41,049 nucleotides of DNA from Patescibacteria group bacterium. GTDB taxonomy: Bacteria > Patescibacteriota > Minisyncoccia > Phycocordibacterales > UBA1539. The position numbers and the translations under genes are program-made. Shown here piece after piece: positions 16,063-25,158 of the stretch (the stretch's first letter is position 1; every line of letters begins with the position of its first letter). Under the pieces are notes generated by a model that did not search any database, was not told the origin of the DNA, and was given only the letters and a program-made list of their open reading frames with translations. The DNA lies in assembly GCA_036985875.1 (NCBI GenBank), contig BTQM01000002.1, positions 1-41,049 of the forward strand. The letters run 5' to 3'.

Positions 16063-17238
16063 ATGCCGACAGAGTTCATTTCTTTTTTCGTTATCCTTCT
16101 CGCGGGACTTTTTTTCTCCGGGATTTTTAACCGTCTTCACCTTCCCTGGGTAGCAGCACTCATCATCGCGGGCATTGCCGTGGGACCGTATGCATTTGAT
16201 ATCTTTGCGCCGAATCCCGCAATAGAATTCATGGGAAACATCGGGCTGGTCTTTCTAATGTTCATGGCGGGGCTTGAAACACGAATTTCAAGCTTTAAAA
16301 AAGATCGGCGCGAAATAGGAATACTTGTTCCATTAAGTGCGGCGATACCGTTTTCGGTGGGTTTTGGTATAGGAATATATTTTGAATACCCTTTTCTCAG
16401 TGCGATTTTTCTGGGAATTATTTTTATATCTTCTTCCATCGCCGTGATCATACCCTCACTGCAAACGAACAATTTATTTGGCAAACGGGTAGGAAAACTT
16501 ATTATGGGTTCCACCATAATTACGGATATTCTCAGCCTCACACTGTTATCCATACTTTTGCAAACAATAGAGCCCGCCACGAAAATCCCACTTCCTTTGT
16601 TCTACTTGCTTCTCTTCGGTTCCCTCATTCTTCTCATGCGTATCATACCCAAGATAGTAAGGTACTTTGAACGTCATAAGGGGCGGGGGAGGCGATTTGA
16701 AAGTGAGCTGCGCCTCATTGTAACAATACTTCTTGGCACAGTAGTGATCTTTGAGCTTCTCGGGCTCCACGCGATCATTGCGGGATTCTTTGCGGGGCTT
16801 GTGTTATCCGAAACCATTACGCACAAGGTCATTAGAGAAAAACTACACACAATCTCTTATGGTATCTTCATTCCCATATTCTTTGTTCTCGTGGGAGTAA
16901 GCACGAATATAGGGATCTTTGCAGAGGTGGGCAATGCGCTTCTCATAACCTTCGTGGTTGTAATTGGCTCCGTCTCGGCGAAATTTATCAGCGGTTTTAT
17001 CGGCGGACGTTTGGACGGATTTTCAAAAGACGAGAGCGCACTTATTGGAGTTGCCACCACGCCACACCTTTCAACAACGCTGGCCGCCATATTCATAGGC
17101 TTCAAACTGGGAATCCTTGATGAGAAGCTTCTCACCGCAATGATCATCTTAAGCATTATAACGACGCTTATCGCACCAACAATTATGGGCAAAATGGCGA
17201 AACGATTAGATAGGAGGGCGGCATCTCCGACCTCGTAA
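16063..17238 (+). CDS. Cation:proton antiporter (CPA2/Kef-type Na+/H+ exchanger family), membrane domain only
   Basis: About 11-12 TM helices. Motifs: GPYAFD, FLMFMAGLE, AGFFAGL. Confidence 0.8.
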   Translation: MPTEFISFFVILLAGLFFSGIFNRLHLPWVAALIIAGIAVGPYAFDIFAPNPAIEFMGNIGLVFLMFMAGLETRISSFKKDRREIGILVPLSAAIPFSVGFGIGIYFEYPFLSAIFLGIIFISSSIAVIIPSLQTNNLFGKRVGKLIMGSTIITDILSLTLLSILLQTIEPATKIPLPLFYLLLFGSLILLMRIIPKIVRYFERHKGRGRRFESELRLIVTILLGTVVIFELLGLHAIIAGFFAGLVLSETITHKVIREKLHTISYGIFIPIFFVLVGVSTNIGIFAEVGNALLITFVVVIGSVSAKFISGFIGGRLDGFSKDESALIGVATTPHLSTTLAAIFIGFKLGILDEKLLTAMIILSIITTLIAPTIMGKMAKRLDRRAASPTS

Positions 17239-17291
17239 TAGCTATCTAGAAAGAGCCCGTTGTAAGATCTTGGAGCATCCCCTTGGTCGCT

Positions 17292-17321
17292 TTGGATTTG
17301 TTCTTGGTCCCGTGGTATGAT
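17292..17321 (+). promoter_or_regulatory. Promoter TTGGAT-18-(TGg)TATGAT, 8 nt upstream of ATG 17330
   Basis: -10 at 17316-17321, then gaaaacat, then ATG. No SD. Confidence 0.45.
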
Positions 17322-17329
17322 GAAAACAT

Positions 17330-17821
17330 ATGTTGGAACCACTCATTTCTGGAAATGCAGATATCTTCTTGAGGATTGTCGTTGCCATGTTTTTAGGGAT
17401 ATTGATCGGAGCGGAGAGAATGGCGGCGGGCAAAACCGCAGGGATGAGAACACATGCGCTTGTTTCTATGGGATCTGCGCTGTTCGTGATCATCTCCATT
17501 ATTGTGTCAGAGTGGTATATCGGGCGAACGCCTTTTGATCCTTTGCGTGTTACATCCCAGGTCATTGTGGGTATAGGATTTATCGGGGCGGGGCTTATTG
17601 TCTTTACCGGCTCAAGATTAAGTGGGCTTACCACGGCAGCAGGACTCTGGGTTGCTGCGGGCATCGGAGTAGCCGTCGGATATGGGCTTTATGCGATTGC
17701 CGTCTTTGTGGCAATCTTGACGTTGCTTGTTTTCACCGCACTATGGTTCATAGAAAGTAAATTCAAAAAAATATCGCGGGGCTATTCTCGTAATGACGCG
17801 GCGGAAGAAGGCGAGTTGTAA
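17330..17821 (+). CDS. MgtC/SapB family membrane protein
   Basis: Motifs: RIVVAMFLGILIGAER....KTAGMRTH and GIGFIGAG.I. Length 163 aa. Confidence 0.8.
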   Translation: MLEPLISGNADIFLRIVVAMFLGILIGAERMAAGKTAGMRTHALVSMGSALFVIISIIVSEWYIGRTPFDPLRVTSQVIVGIGFIGAGLIVFTGSRLSGLTTAAGLWVAAGIGVAVGYGLYAIAVFVAILTLLVFTALWFIESKFKKISRGYSRNDAAEEGEL

Positions 17822-17841
17822 ATCGGGATGCAAGAGGCCCA

Positions 17842-17971
17842 TTTTAGGACCTACGCAATCGGATGCAGTTTGAGGCGCACGAACCAAATGAAGTAAGCTG
17901 TACAGAAGCTACAGCGAACGACATTTGGTGAAGTGCAACGAAGAAATACGCCGACTGCGTAGGTCCTAAAA
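17842..17971. repeat. 130-nt rod-like inverted-repeat element (21-nt terminal arms with further internal pairings)
   Basis: TTTTAGGACCTACGCAATCGG (17842-17862) pairs with CCGACTGCGTAGGTCCTAAAA (17951-17971), 20/21. Inner pairs are CCAAATG/CATTTGG, GCTGTA/TACAGC and GCAC/GTGC. It ends 5 nt before the pyrH ATG. Confidence 0.7.
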
Positions 17972-17976
17972 ATGTT

Positions 17977-18696
17977 ATGGAAACACCACACAAACGTGCA
18001 ACAACGATCGTAATAAAATTATCCGGAGCGGCACTGTCAGGCGACGGGAACAAGAAATATTCGGAAGTAGTGTTTGATCTCATTGCGGGTCAAATTAAGT
18101 CACTGCAAACGCAGGGTCATCGTGTAGCGCTTATCCTCGGCGGAGGGAATCTCTTTCGCGGCAAAGACCTGTCAGCGGAACTCTCTATTAAAAGATCCAC
18201 GGCCGATTACGTCGGGATGCTCGCCACGGTGCAAAACGCGCTTGTACTGCGCGACTATTTTGAGAGCAAGGGAATTGCCACGCGAGTTTCCTCGTCAATT
18301 CCGATGCCGCAGATATGCGAAAGATACGTGCCGAGACGCACGGTAGAGCACTTGAAGGAGGGGCGGTTGGTCATTTTTGCGGGAGGTCTCGGAGTGCCGT
18401 TTTTCACCACCGATTCCCTTTCCGCAGTGCGCGCCCTTGAGATAGGAGCTGATGTGCTCATCATGGCAAAAGACGGCGTTGATGGCGTGTATTCCGCCGA
18501 TCCTGACAAAGACACATCTGCAGTAAAGATAGACACCATTTCCGCATCGGAGGCGCTCGCGCGCGACCTGAAAGTTGCCGATGCTTCCGCCATTGCCCTT
18601 GCGAGAGATCATAATTTAACCATTAGAGTGGTTTCCATAAAAGATATCTGGCAGGCGCTGGGATCTGATATTGGCTCCACGGTGACCCCCGATTAG
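17977..18696 (+). CDS. pyrH: UMP kinase
   Basis: Motifs: IKLSGAAL, ILGGGNLFRG, GMLATVQNAL, and an FAGG block. Confidence 0.9.
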   Translation: METPHKRATTIVIKLSGAALSGDGNKKYSEVVFDLIAGQIKSLQTQGHRVALILGGGNLFRGKDLSAELSIKRSTADYVGMLATVQNALVLRDYFESKGIATRVSSSIPMPQICERYVPRRTVEHLKEGRLVIFAGGLGVPFFTTDSLSAVRALEIGADVLIMAKDGVDGVYSADPDKDTSAVKIDTISASEALARDLKVADASAIALARDHNLTIRVVSIKDIWQALGSDIGSTVTPD

Positions 18697-18718
18697 CCAT
18701 TTCTCAATAGCACTCATT

Positions 18719-20599
18719 ATGCGATCGGAAGATATCAGAAAAAGATTTTTAGCGTTTTTTAAAGCACGGGGGCATACGATCATCCCTTCGGCATCTTTGG
18801 TGCCGGAGAACGACCCGTCGGTACTTTTTATCACCGCAGGCATGCAGCCGCTTGTGCCGTATCTTTTGGGACAGAAGCACCCGGGCGGAGCGCGCCTTGT
18901 AGGCGCACAAAAATGTGTAAGAACGCAAGACATTGAAGAAGTGGGGGATAACACGCACGACACATTTTTTGAGATGCTTGGAAACTGGTCGCTGGGGGAC
19001 CCGTCCGCACCTGACGGCGTCGGCGAGGCGGGCTACTTTAAAGAAGAGACTATCAAATGGAGCTATGAATTTTTGACTGACAAAAAAGAGGGGCTTGGGC
19101 TTGATCCCGCGCGGCTTTATATCACCGTATTCGGAGGAGACGAGAACGCTCCTCGCGACGATGAGTCTGTGGAGATATGGAAAAAGGTTGGCATTCCCGA
19201 AGAACGTATCTATTTTCAGGGTGCGGAAGACAACTGGTGGAGTCCGGGGAATAATGGCCCATGCGGACCGGACACGGAGATTTTTTATGACGTGACCAAA
19301 GACGGCTTGGGTGACATGTCCTTTGAAGAGTTTAAGAAAGCAGACGACGAGCAGAAGGTGGTGGAATTATGGAATGACGTGTTCATGGAGTATGAGAAAA
19401 AGGACGGAAAGATCATTGGAAAACTCAAACAAAAGAACGTGGACACCGGCGCGGGGATTGAGCGGCTCGCGATGGTAATGCAGAAAACGAACAATGTTTT
19501 TGACACTGACTTATTTTTGCCATTGATGGAAAAAATATCAGAGCTTTCCACGGGTACTGATGAAAAGGCAAAGCGCATTGTTGCCGACCACATACGCACG
19601 TCCGTGTTCATAATTGCCGACGGAGTAACGCCCTCAAACACCGACAGGGGATACGTCCTCCGAAGGCTTCTCCGCCGAGCGGTGCGTTATGCGGACGGAT
19701 TGGGAATGAAGGAGGGAACACTGCCGCCACTTGTTGATGTTGTTATTGAGAAATACGAAGACGTGTATCCGGGGCTTGAGCAAAAGAAAGAGATAATTAA
19801 AGAAGAGGTTACGCAAGAAGCTTTGAAGTTCAAAAAAACTATCAAAAAGGGCTTAAAAAAATTATATGAATTGGGTACACCCCATTTTTCAAAGAAAGAA
19901 GAAGGGCAACCACCTAAAAGTTTCGAATCAATCGTAAGTCGTGGTAGTGGTAAATTATTGTTCAATATTTTTTCCACATATGGTTTTCCCCTTGAATTGA
20001 GTTTAGAAGAAATTGAAAAAAATAGAGCGCAACTTAAATATCCAACCCTTACTATTGAACAACTAAGTAGGATAAAAGAAGAGTTCAGCGGGGAGATGAA
20101 AAAACACCAAGAACTTTCACGCAGTGGCGCAGAACAAAAATTCAAGGGTGGGCTGGCAGATGCGAGCGAGATGAGTGTGAAGTATCACACGGCAACTCAT
20201 TTACTTCACAAAGCATTGCGTGATGTCTTGGGTGAGAGTGTTGAGCAAAAAGGCAGCAATATCACCACCGAAAGATTGCGATTTGATTTCGCTCACCCGC
20301 AAAAAATGACCGATGAAGAAAAACAGGCGGTGGAAGATCTGGTGAATAAAAAGATGAAAGAAAACCTGCCTGTTAAAATGGAAGAAATGACAGTTGCGGA
20401 AGCGAGGGAGCAAGGCGCTTTGGGCGTATTTGGAGATAAATATGGCGAAAAGGTGAAAGTTTATTCAATTGGTGATTTTAGTAAGGAAATTTGCGGCGGC
20501 CCGCATGTGGAAAATACTTCCGAGCTTGGGCGTTTCAAGATCAAAAAAGAAGAGTCAGTCTCCGCGGGAGTCCGCCGAATAAAAGCAGTTTTAAAATAA
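18719..20599 (+). CDS. alaS: Alanine--tRNA ligase, short form (626 aa) ending after the editing domain
   Basis: Motifs: FLAFFKARGHTIIPSASLVP, FITAGMQP, editing-site HTATHLLH and CGGPHV...GVRRIKAV. The stop follows immediately, so there is no coiled-coil or C-Ala region. Confidence 0.9.
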   Translation: MRSEDIRKRFLAFFKARGHTIIPSASLVPENDPSVLFITAGMQPLVPYLLGQKHPGGARLVGAQKCVRTQDIEEVGDNTHDTFFEMLGNWSLGDPSAPDGVGEAGYFKEETIKWSYEFLTDKKEGLGLDPARLYITVFGGDENAPRDDESVEIWKKVGIPEERIYFQGAEDNWWSPGNNGPCGPDTEIFYDVTKDGLGDMSFEEFKKADDEQKVVELWNDVFMEYEKKDGKIIGKLKQKNVDTGAGIERLAMVMQKTNNVFDTDLFLPLMEKISELSTGTDEKAKRIVADHIRTSVFIIADGVTPSNTDRGYVLRRLLRRAVRYADGLGMKEGTLPPLVDVVIEKYEDVYPGLEQKKEIIKEEVTQEALKFKKTIKKGLKKLYELGTPHFSKKEEGQPPKSFESIVSRGSGKLLFNIFSTYGFPLELSLEEIEKNRAQLKYPTLTIEQLSRIKEEFSGEMKKHQELSRSGAEQKFKGGLADASEMSVKYHTATHLLHKALRDVLGESVEQKGSNITTERLRFDFAHPQKMTDEEKQAVEDLVNKKMKENLPVKMEEMTVAEAREQGALGVFGDKYGEKVKVYSIGDFSKEICGGPHVENTSELGRFKIKKEESVSAGVRRIKAVLK

Positions 20600-20600
20600 T

Positions 20601-20918
20601 ATGGCATTTAAAGACGCACAAAAACAGGTTGACGATTGGGTGGATCAACACAAAATGGGGTATTGGAAGCCCCATGAGATCTTGGCGCGATTAACGGAAG
20701 AGGTCGGGGAGCTGGCGCGGGAGATCAATCATATTTTCGGTCCGAAGAAAAAGAAGGCTGTTGAAGGTCCGAAAAAGATGGTGGACGAACTAGCAGATGT
20801 TTCGTTCACTATTATTTGCCTTGCAAATTCTCAAGGGATAGACCTGGAAGAAGCGTTCAAAAATACGATGGAAAAATGCTACGGGAGGGACAAAAACAGA
20901 TTTGAGAAAAAGAATTAG
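20601..20918 (+). CDS. MazG-like nucleotide pyrophosphohydrolase domain protein
   Basis: Motifs: LTEEVGELAREI...ELADV.F.I..LAN..GIDLEEA. Starts 1 nt after the alaS stop. Confidence 0.75.
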   Translation: MAFKDAQKQVDDWVDQHKMGYWKPHEILARLTEEVGELAREINHIFGPKKKKAVEGPKKMVDELADVSFTIICLANSQGIDLEEAFKNTMEKCYGRDKNRFEKKN

Positions 20919-20988
20919 AAAGCGAGGAAAGCTCATACGGCAAAGAATTATTGCGATGTTTTTCCACACTCATATCACTGCGGCAACG

Positions 20989-20997
20989 TGATATAAT
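20989..20997 (+). promoter_or_regulatory. Extended -10 TGaTATAAT 6 nt upstream of ATG 21004 (leaderless-type)
   Basis: TATAAT at 20992-20997, then gtatgt, then ATG. No SD. Confidence 0.5.
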
Positions 20998-21003
20998 GTA
21001 TGT

Positions 21004-22209
21004 ATGTCATTCCCCATAAAACTCTTCAAATTCGCGCGTTCTAAAAAAGAAAAGAGAGTCGCCATCTTGGACATTGGAAGTTCAAGCGTGGGGGGTGCGA
21101 TCGTATTGCTCAAAGAGGATGGCAAGCCAAATGTAATATACAGCACGCGGAAAGAAATTGCCTTTCAAGATAAATTGGATTTTGAGAGATTTTTTACGTT
21201 GATGCTAAAGACTTTGAAAAGCGTTTTGGTTGAGATGGAAAAAGTTGCCGGTGGACCGCCCAAGAGTTTCTTTTGTCTGCTTTCTTCGCCGTGGTACACA
21301 TCCGCGACAAGAATAGTAAATGTGAGCAAAGACAAGCCGTTCACGGTTACTCCCCAAATCGTTGATATGCTAATAGAGAGCGAGGCGCGCGCCATGAGCA
21401 CCGCCGTGGGCACAAACAAAAAAACAGGGGAAGAGGAGTCCGAAATCATGGACATACAAAATATCCAGATTAAATTAAACGGATACGAGACTAGCAACCC
21501 ATATGATAAAAGTGTGCGAAATATTGAGATAGCTCTTTTTATCAGCATGAGCTCAAAAAGAGTGCTCGACTCCGTAAAGAAGGAAATATTCAAGATTTTC
21601 CACTCCCGCCACGTCAGGTTCAGTTCATTCGCGCTTGTTGCACTTTCCACACTGCGAGATATTTTCACCGATAAAGACGACTTCCTCTTCATGGATGTAA
21701 CGGGAGAGGTTACCGATGTATCGATCATCAGAAACAATGTGCTTATGGAGACGATCTCATTCCCGCTCGGAAAAAATTTCTTGACAAGAGAGGCTATGAA
21801 GGGGCTCTCCGCCACTCCTGAAGAAGCGATGTCAATGCTTACAATGTACCGCGAGGGTACAAGTGCAGCATCCACCGCGAGGAGGCTGGAAAGCATCCTG
21901 TCGGATGCGAGGAAAAAATGGCTTACATTCTTCGCAGATTCTCTGCGGAACCTTTCAAGAGAATTATCCGTGCCCAATACGGTGTTTCTTGCCGCAAGCC
22001 AAGACATCGCTTGGTGGTTTGCGAAATCCATAGAAAAAGGGAAATTTGATCAATCGGTTTTTGCGGGCGACTCACTTAATGTAAAGCTTTTGGACAAAAA
22101 AATTCTTTCAGGATTCTGTGACGTCAATCCTCGCGTGAAAAAAGACCCTTTTATCATGCTAGAGGCAATTTTTAGCAACAAAACGCTTAGAATCGGTCCC
22201 GAAAAATGA
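21004..22209 (+). CDS. Actin-fold (ASKHA) ATPase-like protein, FtsA/PilM-like
   Basis: Phosphate-1-like motif VAILDIGSSSVGGAIV near the N-terminus. Second motif FMDVTGEVTDVSII. Length 401 aa. Subfamily not resolved. Confidence 0.5.
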   Translation: MSFPIKLFKFARSKKEKRVAILDIGSSSVGGAIVLLKEDGKPNVIYSTRKEIAFQDKLDFERFFTLMLKTLKSVLVEMEKVAGGPPKSFFCLLSSPWYTSATRIVNVSKDKPFTVTPQIVDMLIESEARAMSTAVGTNKKTGEEESEIMDIQNIQIKLNGYETSNPYDKSVRNIEIALFISMSSKRVLDSVKKEIFKIFHSRHVRFSSFALVALSTLRDIFTDKDDFLFMDVTGEVTDVSIIRNNVLMETISFPLGKNFLTREAMKGLSATPEEAMSMLTMYREGTSAASTARRLESILSDARKKWLTFFADSLRNLSRELSVPNTVFLAASQDIAWWFAKSIEKGKFDQSVFAGDSLNVKLLDKKILSGFCDVNPRVKKDPFIMLEAIFSNKTLRIGPEK

Positions 22210-22257
22210 CGAGGAGACCTTCCGTAAACAATGAAACGTAGGGCATGTCCCTAAGTA

Positions 22258-22266
22258 TGATATAAT
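22258..22266 (+). promoter_or_regulatory. Extended -10 TGaTATAAT 6 nt upstream of ATG 22273 (leaderless-type)
   Basis: TATAAT at 22261-22266, then agcctt, then ATG. Same architecture as at 20989. Confidence 0.5.
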
Positions 22267-22272
22267 AGCCTT

Positions 22273-23622
22273 ATGCCCAAAAAAATAATACAAGACATAA
22301 TCAGTTCCCGTCGCCCGCAAAAGCAAGATTTCCACGAAGGCAACGACGAGGGGAAACGCAAATATTTCTCACGGCGTCCAAAGGGCGAAGATGGCGGGGA
22401 GGACAGTAGTGCCGCCCCTCGTATCCGCCTGGGGAGGAGGGGATTAAGAATCGCAAAAGGGGAACTGCATGGCAGTTTTCCAAAAATTGTTTTGTGGATT
22501 ATCGCGGCAGGAGCTTTCGTATTCTTTTTATTCGTACTTCTATCAATGTTCTCGGGTACAGTAATAGAAGTTGTCCCTATGCAAACACGCGTCTCCTTAG
22601 GCGGGAATTTCACTGCAAACAAAAATGCCGCGGAGGGAGAACTCCAATTTAAGCTGATCATGCTGGAGAGCGAGGCAACACTTGATATTCCGGCAACGGA
22701 AGAAAAAGAGGTGGAGAGAAAAGCGAAAGGCACCATCGTCATCTACAATGCCTATAGCTCAAAAAGTCAAACACTCATAAAAAACACGAGGTTTGAAAAT
22801 CCAGATGGTAAAATTTACAGAATAAATAAGTCAATAAGGATACCGGGTACAACAGTATCGGGTGGAAATATTGTACCTGGCAATATTGAGGTAACCGTGT
22901 ACGCTGATTTCCCGGGAGAAGAATATAACATCGGTTTAACGGATTTTACCATTCCGGGCTTCAAGGGTGATCCGAGATTTAAGAAATTTTATGCGCGCTC
23001 CAAAACACCGATGATCGGCGGATTCTCCGGTATTGTAAAAACAGTTTCTTTAGAAGACACAGCAGAAGCGAGTCGCACACTGCAAAATTCTCTGAAGGAA
23101 GTGCTGTTGGAGCAGGCACGTTCGCAAGTACCAGAAAATTTTATTCTGTATGACAAAGCGGTATTTTTCAGGTGGGACGAGACCAAAGGCACAAAAGTAG
23201 AAACGACCGAAGACTCTGTTGAGATCGTGGAAAAGGGCACGCTATATGGAATAATCCTTGAGAAGGATGAGCTGAGCGCTCACATTGCAAAAAACACCGT
23301 GGCTTCCTACGATGGGGGGGCTGTATCTATAAAAGAGGTAGGGGAGCTGGAATTCAACGTAAGTAACAAAAATGGATTTGATCCGGAGGAAAATAGTGAA
23401 TTTGATTTCACCCTTTCGGGACCAGTAAATATCGTGTGGAAAATCGACAAAACTGCTCTCGTCCGCGATCTTGTCGGGATACAAAAAAGGGATTTTCTCA
23501 ACGTAATTGAGAAATATACGAACATAAAAAGAGCAGAAGCCACCATAAGACCATTTTGGAAAAGAACATTTCCAGAAAATGCTGAACGCATCACCATACG
23601 AATAATTGAGGAAGCGTCGTAA
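22273..23622 (+). CDS. Hypothetical bitopic membrane protein (449 aa) with a large extracytoplasmic domain
   Basis: Basic cytoplasmic N-terminus and one TM helix (IVLWIIAAGAFVFFLFVLLSMF). The remainder looks beta-rich. From memory, similar CPR proteins are sometimes labelled baseplate J/gp47-like; this is unverified. Confidence 0.5.
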   Translation: MPKKIIQDIISSRRPQKQDFHEGNDEGKRKYFSRRPKGEDGGEDSSAAPRIRLGRRGLRIAKGELHGSFPKIVLWIIAAGAFVFFLFVLLSMFSGTVIEVVPMQTRVSLGGNFTANKNAAEGELQFKLIMLESEATLDIPATEEKEVERKAKGTIVIYNAYSSKSQTLIKNTRFENPDGKIYRINKSIRIPGTTVSGGNIVPGNIEVTVYADFPGEEYNIGLTDFTIPGFKGDPRFKKFYARSKTPMIGGFSGIVKTVSLEDTAEASRTLQNSLKEVLLEQARSQVPENFILYDKAVFFRWDETKGTKVETTEDSVEIVEKGTLYGIILEKDELSAHIAKNTVASYDGGAVSIKEVGELEFNVSNKNGFDPEENSEFDFTLSGPVNIVWKIDKTALVRDLVGIQKRDFLNVIEKYTNIKRAEATIRPFWKRTFPENAERITIRIIEEAS

Positions 23623-23713
23623 ACGTGCCCCCAAACACGGTACTGTGGGCGGCCGTCAAGCTTCTAGATAGGGATCGCTAAGAACTGGGGACGGGGTTCT
23701 GTCTCTAAGGGGG

Positions 23714-23742
23714 TTGACTCGTTGGATATAATTTGATAGTAT
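23714..23742 (+). promoter_or_regulatory. Promoter TTGACT-17-(TGa)TAGTAT upstream of infA
   Basis: -35 at 23714-23719, -10 at 23737-23742, 16 nt before the ATG. Confidence 0.6.
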
Positions 23743-23758
23743 TTCTCCCTACTAAACA

Positions 23759-23980
23759 ATGAACGGTAAACAACAAAAGGACGCTCTGGTATTTGCGGGA
23801 ATCGTTACAGAAGCACTGCCCAATACCATGTTCAGGGTGGAGCTTGAGGGCAACGAGACCGATATCGCATACCTTTCCGGAAAGATGCGGATACACAGAA
23901 TAAAGGTGCTGGTGGGAGACAAGGTAATGGTAAAGACGGATCCATACGGAGGGAAGGGAAGGATCGTGAAAAGACTATAG
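23759..23980 (+). CDS. infA: Translation initiation factor IF-1
   Basis: Motif: G.V.EALPN.MFRVEL.....I.A..SGKMR...I.VL.GD.V.V. Length 73 aa. Confidence 0.95.
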   Translation: MNGKQQKDALVFAGIVTEALPNTMFRVELEGNETDIAYLSGKMRIHRIKVLVGDKVMVKTDPYGGKGRIVKRL

Positions 23981-24074
23981 ACGATATATATTTCTCCACA
24001 CGCGACGTCGTGCTTGGGGGAACGTTTTTTGTTTAGGTAACGCGGCAGAGACGAAAGCCGATCATGTTATATTT

Positions 24075-24188
24075 ATGAAAGTAAGAGCTTCGGTCAAAAA
24101 GATATGTGCGACATGTAAAATGGTCCGAAGAAAGGGCCGTATTTTTATTACCTGCGAGAACCCAAGGCATAAGCAGAGGCAAGGATAG
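24075..24188 (+). CDS. rpmJ: 50S ribosomal protein L36
   Basis: Not in the ORF track because it is under 60 aa. ATG 24075 to TAG 24186-24188 translates to [37 protein letters not shown]. Confidence 0.9.
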   Translation: MKVRASVKKICATCKMVRRKGRIFITCENPRHKQRQG

Positions 24189-24211
24189 TGGCCTCTGCCC
24201 GTAAAATCATC

Positions 24212-24592
24212 ATGCGTATTTTAGGAGTTACAATACCAGACAAAAAAAGATTGGAGATTGGTCTTGTGTCCATATACGGCATCGGTCGTCCCAGGGCGAG
24301 AAAGATACTAGATGAAGCCGGGATTGATTATGGAAAAAAAGCCGAGGGCGTTTCTCGAGAGGAGGAGAACGAGATAAGAAAGATTGTGGAAACATTTAAG
24401 GTGGAAGGTGATCTGAAAAGGGAGATTAGCATCAATATTAAGAGAATGAAGGACATCATGTGCTACAGAGGCACGAGGCACATGAAAAAGCTCCCCTTAA
24501 GAGGGCAAAGGACAAAAACAAATTCAAGGACAGTGAGGGGGAATGTCCGAAAAACCATGGGATCGGGTAAGAGGACAGCGGAGAAGAAATAA
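24212..24592 (+). CDS. rpsM: 30S ribosomal protein S13
   Basis: ORF 24188..24592 trimmed to MRILGVTIPDKKRLEIGLVSIYGIGRPRA..., which aligns with the usual MARIAGV... start. Confidence 0.9.
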   Translation: MRILGVTIPDKKRLEIGLVSIYGIGRPRARKILDEAGIDYGKKAEGVSREEENEIRKIVETFKVEGDLKREISINIKRMKDIMCYRGTRHMKKLPLRGQRTKTNSRTVRGNVRKTMGSGKRTAEKK

Positions 24593-24692
24593 TTGGGTTC
24601 AGTCTGTAGTGAGTAGAAAATCTGTAAATATGCCACATGCGCTTGAAAAATTATTCGCTGCAGACTACTCGCTAATAACTACTAGCTAGAAT
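24593..24692 (+). promoter_or_regulatory. Structured leader, copy A (upstream of rpsK), paralogous to 26977-27066
   Basis: Contains TATGCCACATGCGC (24629-24642). Helix 24601-24612/24655-24666. No SD. Confidence 0.5.
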
Positions 24693-25124
24693 ATGGGTAA
24701 AAAACGAATCGTAAAAAAGGGAGCAGACATCGGCCGAGAGGGGGTACCCCGCTCACTTTCTCGTGTACCGAGAAAGAATGTCGGTGAGGGCATTCTGCAC
24801 GTGCAGTCAACATACAACAATACGAAATTATTGTTGACCGATCGCAGCGGAGATGCGCTGGCATGGTCTTCTAGCGGAGTATTGGGATTTAGGGGAGCAA
24901 AAAAGGGCACCCCTTTCGCAGCGGCCAAGGTGGGAGAATTCATAGGCGAGAAAGCTGGATTGATGGGAATAAAAGAGGCGGAAGTGGTAGTAAAAGGAGT
25001 AGGTCCCGGCAGAGAGTCAGCAATAAGGGGATTCGCCTCAAGGGGAACGAGTCTCACCTCCATAAAAGACGAGACGCCCATGCCACACAATGGACCAAGA
25101 CCAAAGAAACCCAGAAGGGTGTAG
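24693..25124 (+). CDS. rpsK: 30S ribosomal protein S11
   Basis: Motifs: HVQSTYNNT....D..G......SSG..GF.G..K.TPFAA and PHNG.RP.K.RRV. Confidence 0.95.
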   Translation: MGKKRIVKKGADIGREGVPRSLSRVPRKNVGEGILHVQSTYNNTKLLLTDRSGDALAWSSSGVLGFRGAKKGTPFAAAKVGEFIGEKAGLMGIKEAEVVVKGVGPGRESAIRGFASRGTSLTSIKDETPMPHNGPRPKKPRRV

Positions 25125-25158
25125 CAAAAAAGATTGATTTTTAAATATTACATTAACC

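Noticed and set aside
21165-22031. 288-aa minus-strand ORF inside the actin-fold ATPase gene
   Set aside because: Its composition is Ser/Leu-rich and low-complexity. The plus-strand frame has ASKHA motifs and a promoter directly at its ATG.
24643-24692. Reading the shared rpsK and rplQ upstream blocks as duplicated promoters (TTATTC-16-TAATAA / TTTTCT-15-TAGTAA)
   Set aside because: Both candidate -10 hexamers end in A instead of the highly conserved T, and the spacers are short. This remains an alternative only, and is noted in the corresponding finding.
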